Source: an uncultured Candidatus Saccharibacteria bacterium (lineage in GTDB: Bacteria > Patescibacteriota > Minisyncoccia > Phycocordibacterales > UBA918). Taken from it: a stretch of 64,000 bases of DNA. Below the pieces are notes generated by a model. That model made no database searches. It saw nothing but the letters and a program-made list of their open reading frames with translations, and was not told the origin of the DNA. Below, piece by piece: positions 1 to 10,386 of the stretch. The position numbers and the translations under genes were made by a program. The stretch covers positions 27,280 to 91,279 of the forward strand of contig CAYOAM010000002.1 in the NCBI GenBank assembly GCA_964402035.1, in the 5' to 3' direction. Numbering within the stretch: position 1 is the stretch's first letter; each line of letters opens with the position of its first letter.

Positions 1-2871
1 TGGGCTAACAGTACCCCCGCCACTCACCACCACGTCAGTTGCAGCACTTTGTATCACTACATTTATGGTCTGTTGATTAAGCGCGCTTTCAGTGACATCA
101 AGTACGGTATAGACACACATGGTAGCTGTGGTTGTAATCGTGACCGTGCCGTTAAAGGTAGCCGTGCCATCCGCACTCGTAAAACCACTCGTGCTCGTTG
201 CACCATACTGGAGTTCATTGCCATTATAGACTTCACTTGAACAATCATACGGGGCTGACGTATCAAGATCGTACAGCAAACGCACGTTACTGATCCCAGT
301 TGAAGCATCAATTGAACCATCTTCCGTTATCGTAATACCTGTCACATTACGCGAACCAGAGTTTTCCGTTATCACATACGCTCCACCAATATATACCGTT
401 GTTGTCGGGACATCTGCACTTAAAATTTGCGAAGAAGTTGCAGTCACCGATACATCAGCCGCGATTGATGCGCGAGGATACAAAGAGTACGTTCGCAAAA
501 CATTACCCTTGTCGGTCAAACGAAAACAGTAGGTATTTCCTTCAGCGGCAGTTGTTGACGCAACAATAGAGTATTCCAATTCTATAAATTGTGTGGATGT
601 TGCCGTGATGGCACTAGTCTGTGACGATGTATCTTTTACAGCTGCATTGGGTGTAATAAAACTTATATTTCCATCACTCACCGCGCCATTTACGGCAAGC
701 GCAATATTGGTGGTGTTGTCCCCATCAGTAAGATTTGCCGTATTGTACATATCCCACTCATCAGCCACAGACCCAACATCCGTCCACAGATACGCTACAT
801 CACAGGTGGATGTTGCAATACTATACTCAAGTCGATATGAAATAGCTGCGGATGTTGTTCCCCCTTCATTTGAGACTTCAAGACGCAAGCGCACTGGCGT
901 ACTCTGTTGCAGTGACGTTAAACTAGTGTCTTCCACACTACTTGTCCTTGATGTTGCTGTTGTCTCTGTGCCATCGTCATTGCGCCAGTGAAAATGTAGA
1001 AGGGTGAGGTTGTCATTTTTGACGGTTGTCGAACCCACCATATCGAGCAAAGTTGTCGGAGCAACATCACCGGTCGTGGCCACAACATTCACCGACGGAG
1101 CATTCATAAAAATGTTAATGGTGTCGCCATCGTTTGCGCTCTCCAAGATATCCATGACCGGATACACACAAAGCGCACTACTGGTCCCTACGGTAGCAGA
1201 GCCGGTAAATGTCGACGATCCATTGGCACCGGTAAAAGAAGTACTGGTTGCCCCAAATTGTAGTTCAGTTCCATCGTATGAAACACTATTACAATCATAG
1301 GGGAATGTGGTATCACTCTCATACAAAAGTCTAATATTACTGAGATCATTTTGAGCATCAATCGAACCGTTTTCTTCGATCATAATGTCGGTGACCGTGC
1401 GGTTACTGATGACACTTTCATCAAATACAAACGCACTCCCGATATAAAAATTGGTCGTACTTGCCATTATCTCTGCTACCTGTGAACTTGATGTCGATAC
1501 AATAATACCGGGCACAAGATCAAACAGGGTATCACCGTACAGATCGTCTGCCGTCACGTCATCCCAGCTCATAAAGAGACGTTGGTCTGAAATTAGATTT
1601 AGATCAATAGCATACAGATCACTGGTTGTCGCATTACTGGGACCAGCCTCACTTGTCCAAGAGCTCATACTCGTCGTGCTCATTTTCCAGTACACATTTC
1701 CCGTCGCAGCAGTCAAAGGTGTAGTGCGTGCCGTGTATGCAACATAAACATTACTGGTATCTTTTTCCATGCCGATCGCGACATTTGTGATGCCTTTGGC
1801 GTCGTTATTAGTAACATTTACGGTACTCGTTGCCGCGCCTGTAGTCGATGTAGCCCAACGCCCGTCACTATAGCGCGCAGTGCGGATGTCGTTAGTGGTA
1901 CCCAGTGTGGCATTTTCCGCAGTATAGACAAGCAATGTCGTCGTTGTTGCGACCGATGTTGACGATGCAGTCACCGCAGCAAGCCCCACGTCATAGGTAG
2001 TGTTATCGGCTGCACCGGCATCGATAAGTGTCCATGCAGCCGTCCATGTGGCATTGTTCCAGATTTTAGATCGAATATCTTCAGCACTAATATCGCGATT
2101 AATGAGCATAATATGCCCGTTAATGAGCGGCTGAAGAATGCTGTAGTCATTGGCGAGATCTTGAGGACGTGACATGGCTTCACTCCAATCTGTCGTTGAA
2201 CCACAACTTGTCGAAGTAGCCGAACACCTGACCACAAATGAGTCACTAGTATCATCGGCCGAAATATACAGCGTTCCATCAGTCCCTCTTGTAATAGATG
2301 GGTAGTTGGCACCAGCGACATAGGTACCAACTTGCAGCGTGCTCGTACTTGCACTGATCGCTGTCGATCCACCGAGCCGCGTATCACTATTTGCCGTATC
2401 AACACGGTTATAGAGCACGTCTTTTGACGACATAGTGGCTACATGAATGTACGCCTGCCCTGATGTCGCGTTTGGTGTCCATTGGTCATACCACACGGCG
2501 ATACCGACACAATCAACAGCATTTCCACGATCATCCACCAACACTGCCGCACCCCAACTACCGCCAGCATTCGATGTCTTCGAATATACGCACTCACCCG
2601 AGCTGTCACGATAAAAACGGTACCCAATGAGATCTGTCGTGAAAACAGTCTGCGGACCCGCATGAAGATTTCCAAGGGCAGTGGTATCAACGGTTGCATC
2701 TATCGTGCCGTTTGCCGCCTCTGCAGCAGGTGGGACTAGAAAATCAAATGTGCCGGTAAAATCACCAAATACTATCGAGAACATAACGACCGACACGAGA
2801 GCGCGGTGTGCAAAACGGATGTATCGTCTTCTAGCTCGCAGAGAAAAAATAGACCGCATCAAGCGCCACAT
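1..2871 (-). CDS. Very large secreted/surface protein, 3' end runs off the window (>957 aa)
   Basis: Not in ORF track, consistent with no stop inside the window. Manual translation of both ends is in one frame: MWRLMRSIFSLRARRRYIRFAHRALVSVVMFSIVFG...AAEAANG (signal-like) to ...QSAATDVVVSGGGTVSP at base 1. Thr/Ser/Asp-rich, with HWRNDDG and EYSI..GNTYCFRL motifs. Alternative in-frame ATG at 2907. Confidence 0.8.
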   Translation of the reverse strand, partial: MWRLMRSIFSLRARRRYIRFAHRALVSVVMFSIVFGDFTGTFDFLVPPAAEAANGTIDATVDTTALGNLHAGPQTVFTTDLIGYRFYRDSSGECVYSKTSNAGGSWGAAVLVDDRGNAVDCVGIAVWYDQWTPNATSGQAYIHVATMSSKDVLYNRVDTANSDTRLGGSTAISASTSTLQVGTYVAGANYPSITRGTDGTLYISADDTSDSFVVRCSATSTSCGSTTDWSEAMSRPQDLANDYSILQPLINGHIMLINRDISAEDIRSKIWNNATWTAAWTLIDAGAADNTTYDVGLAAVTASSTSVATTTTLLVYTAENATLGTTNDIRTARYSDGRWATSTTGAATSTVNVTNNDAKGITNVAIGMEKDTSNVYVAYTARTTPLTAATGNVYWKMSTTSMSSWTSEAGPSNATTSDLYAIDLNLISDQRLFMSWDDVTADDLYGDTLFDLVPGIIVSTSSSQVAEIMASTTNFYIGSAFVFDESVISNRTVTDIMIEENGSIDAQNDLSNIRLLYESDTTFPYDCNSVSYDGTELQFGATSTSFTGANGSSTFTGSATVGTSSALCVYPVMDILESANDGDTINIFMNAPSVNVVATTGDVAPTTLLDMVGSTTVKNDNLTLLHFHWRNDDGTETTATSRTSSVEDTSLTSLQQSTPVRLRLEVSNEGGTTSAAISYRLEYSIATSTCDVAYLWTDVGSVADEWDMYNTANLTDGDNTTNIALAVNGAVSDGNISFITPNAAVKDTSSQTSAITATSTQFIELEYSIVASTTAAEGNTYCFRLTDKGNVLRTYSLYPRASIAADVSVTATSSQILSADVPTTTVYIGGAYVITENSGSRNVTGITITEDGSIDASTGISNVRLLYDLDTSAPYDCSSEVYNGNELQYGATSTSGFTSADGTATFNGTVTITTTATMCVYTVLDVTESALNQQTINVVIQSAATDVVVSGGGTVSP

Positions 2872-2928
2872 CACGTTACTTATTCCTTCTCCATTTGGAC
2901 GCTTCATGTCGCTCGTTCACACATCGCA

Positions 2929-4644
2929 TTATTCTATCGCATCCGCAGGTGTTGTCGTGCCTACAAATGCAGGGATAACCACATCGGGAATATCGACTGC
3001 TATCTCTTCCACAACGGTGGTGGACGCTACACTCATATCAATGACATCAATATGCGTCGGCACGACAGCAACAACGTCTGTTGTCGCCGTCGTGCTTGCG
3101 ACAATGAGATCAAAGCCGCTCAGCATGGGATCCTCGGGTGGCGGTGGAACGTCGCCACCTACGTCGGTTGAAGTCGCTACATCGTCATTTTGAACTTCAA
3201 TATCATCTTTCAGTGTCGGATTCGTTTGCACAAAGGCACTCTCTTCATTGGTTCCGTCTGGTTCCGGAATATTTTCTGGTACGGCGCGCGGAATAGCTCC
3301 GAGGGGTACTGATACGCCTTTATCCATGTCGTAGCCGACCGTCTGTACATCCCCATTCTCATCAATGCTGTCGTAGACGAGCAAATACCGAGGGTTCGTC
3401 GCACTCATGCCATCTCCATCATTAATCTGCTCAGTCTCTTGCGTTGCGAGATCATATACCTTGATGTGCCACACATCGCCATCGAGAAATTGCCATGACA
3501 ATACATCACCGCGTATATTTGGATCAATGTCGTGTGTCGTATTGCTGGTGAGCTGTGTGCGAGCACCATTAACATCCATCACGATCTCCCAATTGTCATT
3601 AATCCACGATTGCCACACGACTGCATCGCCGCGCACTACAGGCTCCATACTATTAAAATTATCATCGGTCAGCTGCGATTGTGATTCGTTTTTAAAATCG
3701 TACATCATAATCTGGTAGCGATCATTGATGAGGGCATGCCACACCATCCTATCTGCCTCCGCATCATAGTACGGGGCTGTATCATCATAGAGATTGTGTG
3801 TGAGCTGTACCACCACACCTCCCTTGCGCACAAAAATCTCAAGATCACCGTCTTGATCCTGTGCAGCATAGACTCCATCTTCTTCGACCGAAGCAGACGT
3901 GTCCTTTGTACAATAGAAAAAACCATTTTCTACCGTCACACAATCATCAACACCAAATTGGAATCGATTACTGTCATTTTCAACTAAGGTGTACCCTGGC
4001 TCTAACACCTCGGTTGTGCTTGCGAGATTATCAGTCGTAGTTGCAATCGTCTCATCAATAGCCGTTGACGTTGCCACCGGATCTACAAGCGGCACTTCAT
4101 CGTCGAGCAGAGGAGCATCTACTGTATCGGTTGCTGTTGATGATGCCGCGCTATCTTCAGCAGATGATGTTCCCATTTCATCAACCCCCAGATCAATAGC
4201 TTCGGTTGATGTTGCGACCTCCAAGTCCTCACTAGGTTCAGACTCATTTTGATATGGTGTCTCTATAGCCTCATCGGTGGTTGATCCGACAGCAGAAGTG
4301 ACTGCTGTACTATCGTCAATCACGGCATCTACGTCCGTTGTGTCCGCTGGCACTTCATCTGCACTTACCGGCACAACAGGAAGCTCTTCATCCACCACTC
4401 CGTTATCTAAAACATCTGCAATTGCAACGGTAGGCTCTGGTACTGGTTCTTCGACAGGTATAGAAACCGACGGTATAGAGACCGACTCTTCTGATACCTC
4501 GCTTGAAGCATCTACTACTGCTGCCTCCTCGTCTGCAGCTGACACTCGCACCACTGGTTGGAGAAGAATGATACCAACAAGCAACACCGAAAGCACCTTT
4601 GCCAATTTCGAAAAAGGCAGCGCCTGAGGCTCTGGATATTGCAT
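2929..4644 (-). CDS. Acidic secreted protein with TolB-like/beta-propeller repeats
   Basis: Signal-like segment VLSVLLVGIILLQPVVRVSAA, long D/E/T/S-rich stalk, repeats QLTHNLYDDTAP / QLTDDNFNSMEP / QLTSNTTHDIDP. Start uncertain (4644 or 4761). Confidence 0.7.
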   Translation of the reverse strand: MQYPEPQALPFSKLAKVLSVLLVGIILLQPVVRVSAADEEAAVVDASSEVSEESVSIPSVSIPVEEPVPEPTVAIADVLDNGVVDEELPVVPVSADEVPADTTDVDAVIDDSTAVTSAVGSTTDEAIETPYQNESEPSEDLEVATSTEAIDLGVDEMGTSSAEDSAASSTATDTVDAPLLDDEVPLVDPVATSTAIDETIATTTDNLASTTEVLEPGYTLVENDSNRFQFGVDDCVTVENGFFYCTKDTSASVEEDGVYAAQDQDGDLEIFVRKGGVVVQLTHNLYDDTAPYYDAEADRMVWHALINDRYQIMMYDFKNESQSQLTDDNFNSMEPVVRGDAVVWQSWINDNWEIVMDVNGARTQLTSNTTHDIDPNIRGDVLSWQFLDGDVWHIKVYDLATQETEQINDGDGMSATNPRYLLVYDSIDENGDVQTVGYDMDKGVSVPLGAIPRAVPENIPEPDGTNEESAFVQTNPTLKDDIEVQNDDVATSTDVGGDVPPPPEDPMLSGFDLIVASTTATTDVVAVVPTHIDVIDMSVASTTVVEEIAVDIPDVVIPAFVGTTTPADAIE

Positions 4645-4959
4645 TTGATTTATCCCCACCACAATAGGAGAAAACTCTGGCGAACGTATTCGCTTTCCTC
4701 CAGATTTCCTGCTTTTTATAATTTTTGGTGTTCTTTTCACAAAAACTATATTTATAGCCATTTCTCGACCATCGAGATTATTTTCTCGATGGTCGATATG
4801 TACTTCGTACCTACCTATAATAGCTCTGTTCACAGTTTTAATCACAGAGTTATCAACAGTTTGTTCTAAGGTGACTACAAATTTGTTTCTAGTTTTTCTA
4901 GTTCTACCTACCCACACAGCGTGAGGAGAAAATTACTCAAAGCCATGTATGCTAGTGAG

Positions 4960-5784
4960 ATGCTACCTCGTCACCTTACACTTGAAAAAAATGTCGGGGA
5001 GACTCCCTTGCAGGTGCTGGAGCGAGCACGTACACTCCACCACATCCCCACCGACGTCGCTTTAGCCTACGCTGGCCGTCTTGATCCTATGGCTTCGGGC
5101 AAACTACTTATTCTCATAGGTGACGAATGTAAGGTGCAGGAGCAGTACCATTCTTTTGATAAGGAATACGAATTTGAAGTACTTTTTGAAATAGCGACCG
5201 ACTCTGGAGATATCTTGGGTCTCCCTACCTATACCCCCCACATCGGTTCACTTCGCGAATTGGACATCAAAGAGACAGCCCGAACACTCGAAAACACTGA
5301 GATAACTCTCAAATACCCTGTTTTTTCATCTAAAACGGTCAAAGGCAAGCCCTTGTTTATGTGGGCGCTCGAAGACAAGCTCGATCATATAGAGATACCT
5401 ACCGCGACAACAAAGCTCTTTAAGCTCACCTACCATCACAGTAGACAATTTCCACCGGATAAAATACGAAAGTATGTGCACGAGCGCATCAATCTGGTAC
5501 CGCGAGTCACCGAAGAAAGTAAACTGCTTGGAGCAGACTTCAGAAGAGTAAAAACGCTCAAGGCGTGGGACGAGGTATTGCGTACGACCGATGCAAGCAC
5601 CTTTCTTGTCGCGCGGTTTACCTGTATCTGTTCGTCAGGCACCTATATCCGCTCGCTTGCTCCGCACATTGCCTCCCTCCTCGGCACCACAGGACTCGCT
5701 TTCTCTATCCACCGTACCAAAATCGGCAAGTACTTCCCACTTCCGATTTTTAAGAGACACGGCGTCTGGTTTAAACAATTTTAA
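4960..5784 (+). CDS. truB: tRNA pseudouridine synthase B-like
   Basis: YAGRLDPMASG catalytic motif, KEYEFEV, CSSGTYIRSL. Confidence 0.85.
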   Translation: MLPRHLTLEKNVGETPLQVLERARTLHHIPTDVALAYAGRLDPMASGKLLILIGDECKVQEQYHSFDKEYEFEVLFEIATDSGDILGLPTYTPHIGSLRELDIKETARTLENTEITLKYPVFSSKTVKGKPLFMWALEDKLDHIEIPTATTKLFKLTYHHSRQFPPDKIRKYVHERINLVPRVTEESKLLGADFRRVKTLKAWDEVLRTTDASTFLVARFTCICSSGTYIRSLAPHIASLLGTTGLAFSIHRTKIGKYFPLPIFKRHGVWFKQF

Positions 5785-6557
5785 TACGGGGATAGCCCTT
5801 CAATGTTTCCTTTTGGGCTGTAGTGACACACCCAAATTTCTTTGCGCTCATCTGAAAGACAAAGACTTTTGGCACAGCCAACCTCGGTAGTGTTCGCCCA
5901 CATAATCTGTGTGTAATGTCCGCACACTTCGCCGGTCACACACGCATTAGTTGCGTGATCGTAGAACGTCTCTTCCGCTAGAAACGAATCCATGATTTCT
6001 GCTGGCTTGCGTGGTGTCTGTCCTGCTCCGTATTTACGACTATAGTAGATATTCTCTCCATAGGTCTTACCGCTATGAGCAAGTGTGCACCCGCGCGAAG
6101 CCAAAGTATCTGCCCATGCAGTGGCACTTTTTTCTAACACGGGTGACCATGAGAGCGGCGCAACACCGTGTGCAGCACGCGCTTTGTTATGCAGCATCAA
6201 AAGAGTATCGTTTTCAAGGGTTAGCACAGCCTCAACAACAGGAACCGGCACGATTATCTTTTCCTGAGCAGAGGTGGTGGACATCGTATCCAAAACAACT
6301 CTGCTTGATGTCGCACGGTCTACGGTAGGCGCTTCTGTGACAAGCATAGTTGTAGTTGCTTCTGGAGTTTCAACGGCAGTCACCAGTGCAGCTGCCTGTG
6401 GGCCAGGAGTAGTATTTTTATGATTCCGCTCAAAGACTAGCGTGTTTGGCACATGGATCGAGATACGCATCTGCAAAAGACTCGGTCCCAAAAGTGCGAT
6501 ACATCCAATAATTGATGCTACCGAACCAATAATGCCGAAATCACGCCATGCTTTCAT
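5781..6557 (-). CDS. Membrane-anchored CAP (SCP/PR-1) domain protein
   Basis: HNKARAAHGVAPLSW, GENIY, GHYTQIMW, VGCA, WVCHYSPKGN; N-terminal TM; ATGA overlap with upstream gene. Confidence 0.9.
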   Translation of the reverse strand: MKAWRDFGIIGSVASIIGCIALLGPSLLQMRISIHVPNTLVFERNHKNTTPGPQAAALVTAVETPEATTTMLVTEAPTVDRATSSRVVLDTMSTTSAQEKIIVPVPVVEAVLTLENDTLLMLHNKARAAHGVAPLSWSPVLEKSATAWADTLASRGCTLAHSGKTYGENIYYSRKYGAGQTPRKPAEIMDSFLAEETFYDHATNACVTGEVCGHYTQIMWANTTEVGCAKSLCLSDERKEIWVCHYSPKGNIEGLSPY

Positions 6558-6904
6558 AGATCTTTTTTTATTACCCGACTCAACAATATACGATCGGTAC
6601 CAAACAATGCTACATTCCAATCAAACTGCGATTCAACGTCCTTGATAAAGGTACTGCGCGAGGCGACATCACCACAACTAAAAGCGAGGGATTCGATAGC
6701 TTCATCTGCGACAGCGACGACTATGGTCGACGCACATGCCGGCAAAGCAGGTGCGGTAAGACCAGCGCCATCCCCCACGCGGTACGCCTCGTACGAATCA
6801 CGATCGGCAAACTCTATGACCTCATCGCTTGAACCAAAGAAAAAAAGACCAGCGCCAGAGAGGACTAGGAGTACGGTCAAAGCGATGATGACTTTTTGCA
6901 TCAT
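6554..6904 (-). CDS. Hypothetical protein with N-terminal TM/signal
   Basis: 116-aa ORF, hydrophobic N-terminus, ATGA-coupled to the CAP gene. Confidence 0.65.
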   Translation of the reverse strand: MMQKVIIALTVLLVLSGAGLFFFGSSDEVIEFADRDSYEAYRVGDGAGLTAPALPACASTIVVAVADEAIESLAFSCGDVASRSTFIKDVESQFDWNVALFGTDRILLSRVIKKDL

Positions 6905-6962
6905 ATAGCCATATTCTACCCCAAAGTAGCCTAAAAGCCGCTATATGTTTGCTAGTATTGCC

Positions 6963-6991
6963 TTGACGGTAGGCCCTCTCTCTGCTATGCT
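6963..6991 (+). promoter_or_regulatory. sigma70 promoter of rpmG
   Basis: TTGACG-17 nt-TATGCT with TGn extension, 10 nt before ATG. Confidence 0.65.
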
Positions 6992-7001
6992 TTAGCCCAT
7001 T

Positions 7002-7175
7002 ATGTCACAAGATAGACTCATAAAACTCGTGTCCGTAGGCGACGAAAAAGGCCTGGGCAAGGGCCACGTGTACTACACCACCAAGAACCGCAAGAAGCTC
7101 GCGGACCGAAAATTTGCGTTTAAAAAATTCAATCCCGTCTCGAAGTCCCACACGGTCTACAAAGAAAAGAAATAA
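7002..7175 (+). CDS. rpmG: 50S ribosomal protein L33
   Basis: Below ORF cutoff; manual translation MSQDRLIKLVSVGDEKGLGKGHVYYTTKNRKKLADRKFAFKKFNPVSKSHTVYKEKK (Cys-free L33 type). Confidence 0.9.
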   Translation: MSQDRLIKLVSVGDEKGLGKGHVYYTTKNRKKLADRKFAFKKFNPVSKSHTVYKEKK

Positions 7176-7176
7176 C

Positions 7177-7207
7177 AAAAAAGACCCTCACATTGAGGGT
7201 CTTTTTT
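7177..7207. terminator. Bidirectional intrinsic terminator
   Basis: AAAAAAGACCCTCA-cat-TGAGGGTCTTTTTT between convergent genes. Confidence 0.8.
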
Positions 7208-7221
7208 ACCAACCAACCATC

Positions 7222-7587
7222 CTACACTCGCTCAGTGCTAGAATTTGAGGCAGACTTGCGAGAAAAAATTTTTTTGATAGAAAAGTAAATTGCGCCAAGA
7301 AATAAGCCAAGAAAACTGTAGAGCAGTAGATTTATTACGAAGACGACAAGATAGAGTTCTCCCATGCCATCCTTACAATAATCTGGCACCCCTAATCCAC
7401 CCATGCACGCAAACAAGATAAGACCTCCTGGGTAAGTTGCTATAGATTCGATAAACCCCGTCAAACGATACAGCCATGGGAGTGTATAACCAAAATTAAT
7501 ATCAAGAGAGTTAACAAAACCAGAAAAAACAGAAGCCGCAATCAACGTATATCCAACCCCAAAATACATTGCTGATTTATAAAGCAT
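7222..7587 (-). CDS. Hypothetical membrane protein
   Basis: 121 aa with 2-3 hydrophobic segments, directly downstream of the aldolase. Confidence 0.6.
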   Translation of the reverse strand: MLYKSAMYFGVGYTLIAASVFSGFVNSLDINFGYTLPWLYRLTGFIESIATYPGGLILFACMGGLGVPDYCKDGMGELYLVVFVINLLLYSFLGLFLGAIYFSIKKIFSRKSASNSSTERV

Positions 7588-7588
7588 A

Positions 7589-8614
7589 CTAGATATAGAT
7601 GTCTTCCTCTGGTTTATATTTCCCCACAGCAGCGAGACTATTCATCTGTGCACGTTTGAGCAACACTTCCTGTGCTTTTGCTTTGTTGGCATCATCTCCC
7701 TTCCATGTCGCGATCACTGGCTCCTCAATAGCGCGCGAGTATGAATACGTGATTACCCATGGCTGACGCCCGAGCATTGAAATCGCTTGTAGGTTTTCTG
7801 TCGAGCGTTTTGGTGACTGTCCACCCGAGAGAAAGACGATACCAGGTACTTCATGCGGCACTGAAAGATGGAATGTACGCAATGTCGCATTGGCGACTTC
7901 TTCTGGAGACGTTTGCTGTGGAGCGCCATCACTTGCCAAGACCATACTCGACTTGAGGATCAAACCCTTGAGATCAACCTTGTACTCCTTAAGAGCTGCA
8001 AACAACATCTGGAGAACCCGCATCGTCACTTCTTCAGATCGTTGCACGGAATGTGTACCGTGCAATATCACTTCCGGTTCGACGATTGGTACCATGCGCG
8101 CATCCTGTACGAGTGCCGCATAGCGCGCAAGCAAGAATGCATTTGCTTTGATACACGCATCGGTCGGCACGCTATCACCATCAATGGTGAAGACACCACG
8201 CCACTTCGTGAAGCGTGCTCCTTGCTCATAGTATTTTGCAAGACGTTTTCCAAGACCATCGAGTCCTTCGGTCACTACTTCCCCCTTAAAATTCTGAAGC
8301 GGTACGGTGCCAAGATCGACTTTAATACCAGGGATGATCCCTCGTGAAGCTAGAACATCGGGAAATGGTATCCCGTCTGTGGTCGCATCACGCATCGAAC
8401 TATCATAGAGGATCACTCCTGAAAGGTATTCTTCTATGCCTGGAGCGGTAAAAAGTAACTCACGATATGATCGCTGCATTGCATCAGTTTCTGCAATACC
8501 TGCATCCTTAAAATGCGAAAACATCGTGCGCTCACTTTCGTCCGCCGCCAACAACCCTTTCCCCGGCACTAATAAAGCGGCCGCTATAGCGTAGAGATCT
8601 GCATTATCTTTCAT
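7589..8614 (-). CDS. Fructose-bisphosphate aldolase class I
   Basis: GLLAADES, PGIKVD, FTKWR, PIVEPEV, FLSGGQ, YSYSRA motifs. Confidence 0.95.
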   Translation of the reverse strand: MKDNADLYAIAAALLVPGKGLLAADESERTMFSHFKDAGIAETDAMQRSYRELLFTAPGIEEYLSGVILYDSSMRDATTDGIPFPDVLASRGIIPGIKVDLGTVPLQNFKGEVVTEGLDGLGKRLAKYYEQGARFTKWRGVFTIDGDSVPTDACIKANAFLLARYAALVQDARMVPIVEPEVILHGTHSVQRSEEVTMRVLQMLFAALKEYKVDLKGLILKSSMVLASDGAPQQTSPEEVANATLRTFHLSVPHEVPGIVFLSGGQSPKRSTENLQAISMLGRQPWVITYSYSRAIEEPVIATWKGDDANKAKAQEVLLKRAQMNSLAAVGKYKPEEDIYI

Positions 8615-8699
8615 ACACTCTAGTGTACCGTATTAGAGCCGAACCAAAATCTCAAAAAATATAATTCTGTGCACAAGGTATCTCTAGAGACAGTATGGG

Positions 8700-8823
8700 A
8701 GACGCATCGCAAAAAATTTTGAGATACAAGGCGTCAAAGCGTAAAGGCTTGAGACGTATAAGTATACGACGAGATCCTTTACGCTGCAGACAACGCAGTA
8801 GATCAGATTTTTGGCATGCGTCT
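8700..8823. repeat. ERIC-like imperfect palindrome, copy A
   Basis: Nested stems GACGCAT/ATGCGTC, AGCGTAAAGG/CCTTTACGCT, CGTAT-aagt-ATACG; related to 16048, 16177 and 49318. Confidence 0.7.
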
Positions 8824-9584
8824 TAGGGGCGAATACGCCAACCAGTAGCAAAAAGATGTACAACCAACCATCCTAAACCAAAAACAAGTCCCAGAATCAT
8901 CAAAAGCCCTATACTGGTATTCGCTTCACTAATGCCGATCATGCTTGAACGAATGCCATCAACAAAATAGAAAAACGGATTGGCGTACGTAATAAATTGC
9001 ACGCTCGGTGGAAGCATGTGTACTGAATAGAAAATACCTCCAAGATACGTGAGCGGCGTAATAACAAAGATATTAATAGCGCCAAGCTGCTCAAAACCTT
9101 TTGCCCATAGCCCCACCAAAATACCCAATAGCGAAAAGACAACTGCGACAGCGACAACGTAAAAAATAAAGAGTGGCAGACTTGCGAGCGTCACTGCCCC
9201 AAAGAGAAGTCCAACGATCAAGATACCAAATGCAACCACGAGCGCTCGTGCAATGCCTCCAGCAACATACCCAATCACAATTTCAATATAGGAGAGCGGT
9301 GACACTAAGATCTCCTCAATACTTTTTATAAACCGCGCAAAGTAAATCGAGCTCGAACTTTGCGCAAACGACGATGCGATGATATTGAGCATCAGAATTC
9401 CTGGAAATACAAAGGTGATATAGGGAGCTCCAGCAATGGTGTCAATACGTCCACCCACCACGTGACCAAAGATAAAAATATAGAGCGATGCAGAAATCAG
9501 CGGCGAGAGAATAGTCTGCCCAGGTATACGAAGCATCCGTTTTATTTCCCTGCGTACAATCGTGTAAAGACCTATCCAATTCAT
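8823..9584 (-). CDS. ABC-2 type transporter permease (YadH-like)
   Basis: About 6 TM segments, REIKRMLR, EEILVSPLS, NPFFYFVDGIR. Confidence 0.9.
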   Translation of the reverse strand: MNWIGLYTIVRREIKRMLRIPGQTILSPLISASLYIFIFGHVVGGRIDTIAGAPYITFVFPGILMLNIIASSFAQSSSSIYFARFIKSIEEILVSPLSYIEIVIGYVAGGIARALVVAFGILIVGLLFGAVTLASLPLFIFYVVAVAVVFSLLGILVGLWAKGFEQLGAINIFVITPLTYLGGIFYSVHMLPPSVQFITYANPFFYFVDGIRSSMIGISEANTSIGLLMILGLVFGLGWLVVHLFATGWRIRP

Positions 9585-9585
9585 A

Positions 9586-10314
9586 TTATTCTGTTTTTCC
9601 TTTAGTGATTTCCAAATAGCGCTTCTCAAGTGTTTTGCCGTCTTTTATAAACTCATCTTTACTCCCCTGTGCCACTATATTGCCCTTATTGATGATTGCA
9701 ATCTCATTGCACAAAAGTTCCACTTCCTCGAGGTAGTGTGATGTCAAAATAATCGTCTTTCCAGCAGCATTGAGTTCCTTAAAATATTTCCAAAGCTCAT
9801 GCCGTTGCTCAACATCGACTCCCGCCGTCGGCTCATCGAGTATTAACAGCTCGGGGTCATTGACGAGCGCTCGCGCGAGGATGACGCGACGCTTGAGTCC
9901 GCCCGAAAGTTCATTAAATTTTTTCGAGCGATGGTTCGTGAGTTCAAATCGTTCTATCAGGGCGTCCGTGCGCTCTTTTCGCAGCTTTTTTGGCACACCA
10001 TAGTATCCTGCCATACCATCGATGATATCTTCCGGTTTTCCAAAAAAATCAGTGTTGAATTCTTGTGGCGAAATGCCAATCTGTCGGCGTGCTTCTTTAT
10101 AATCCTTGACTACGTCAAAACCATTTACCGTAATGGTGCCTGACGTAATACGCGCAACACCAATGATGCAGTTAATCGTGCTTGATTTCCCTGCGCCGTT
10201 TGGCCCCAAAAAACCGAAAAAACCGCCGCGGGGTATCTCGAGAGAAATGTCGTCAACAGCATTCGCTTTGCCATACGACTTCACTAGATTTTTGATAGAG
10301 AGAATTGAGTCCAT
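9586..10314 (-). CDS. ABC transporter ATP-binding protein (YadG-like)
   Basis: GPNGAGKS, LSGG, LILDEPT, TSHYLEE. Confidence 0.95.
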   Translation of the reverse strand: MDSILSIKNLVKSYGKANAVDDISLEIPRGGFFGFLGPNGAGKSSTINCIIGVARITSGTITVNGFDVVKDYKEARRQIGISPQEFNTDFFGKPEDIIDGMAGYYGVPKKLRKERTDALIERFELTNHRSKKFNELSGGLKRRVILARALVNDPELLILDEPTAGVDVEQRHELWKYFKELNAAGKTIILTSHYLEEVELLCNEIAIINKGNIVAQGSKDEFIKDGKTLEKRYLEITKGKTE

Positions 10315-10386
10315 GAAAGAGTAGTATACCGTACCAATCAACCAAAAGAAAAACCGTCGATCCCGAGGGATCGACGGTGTTGTTGC

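Noticed and set aside
593-2739. Several short ORFs on both strands
   Set aside because: Shadows of the large minus-strand gene at 1-2871.
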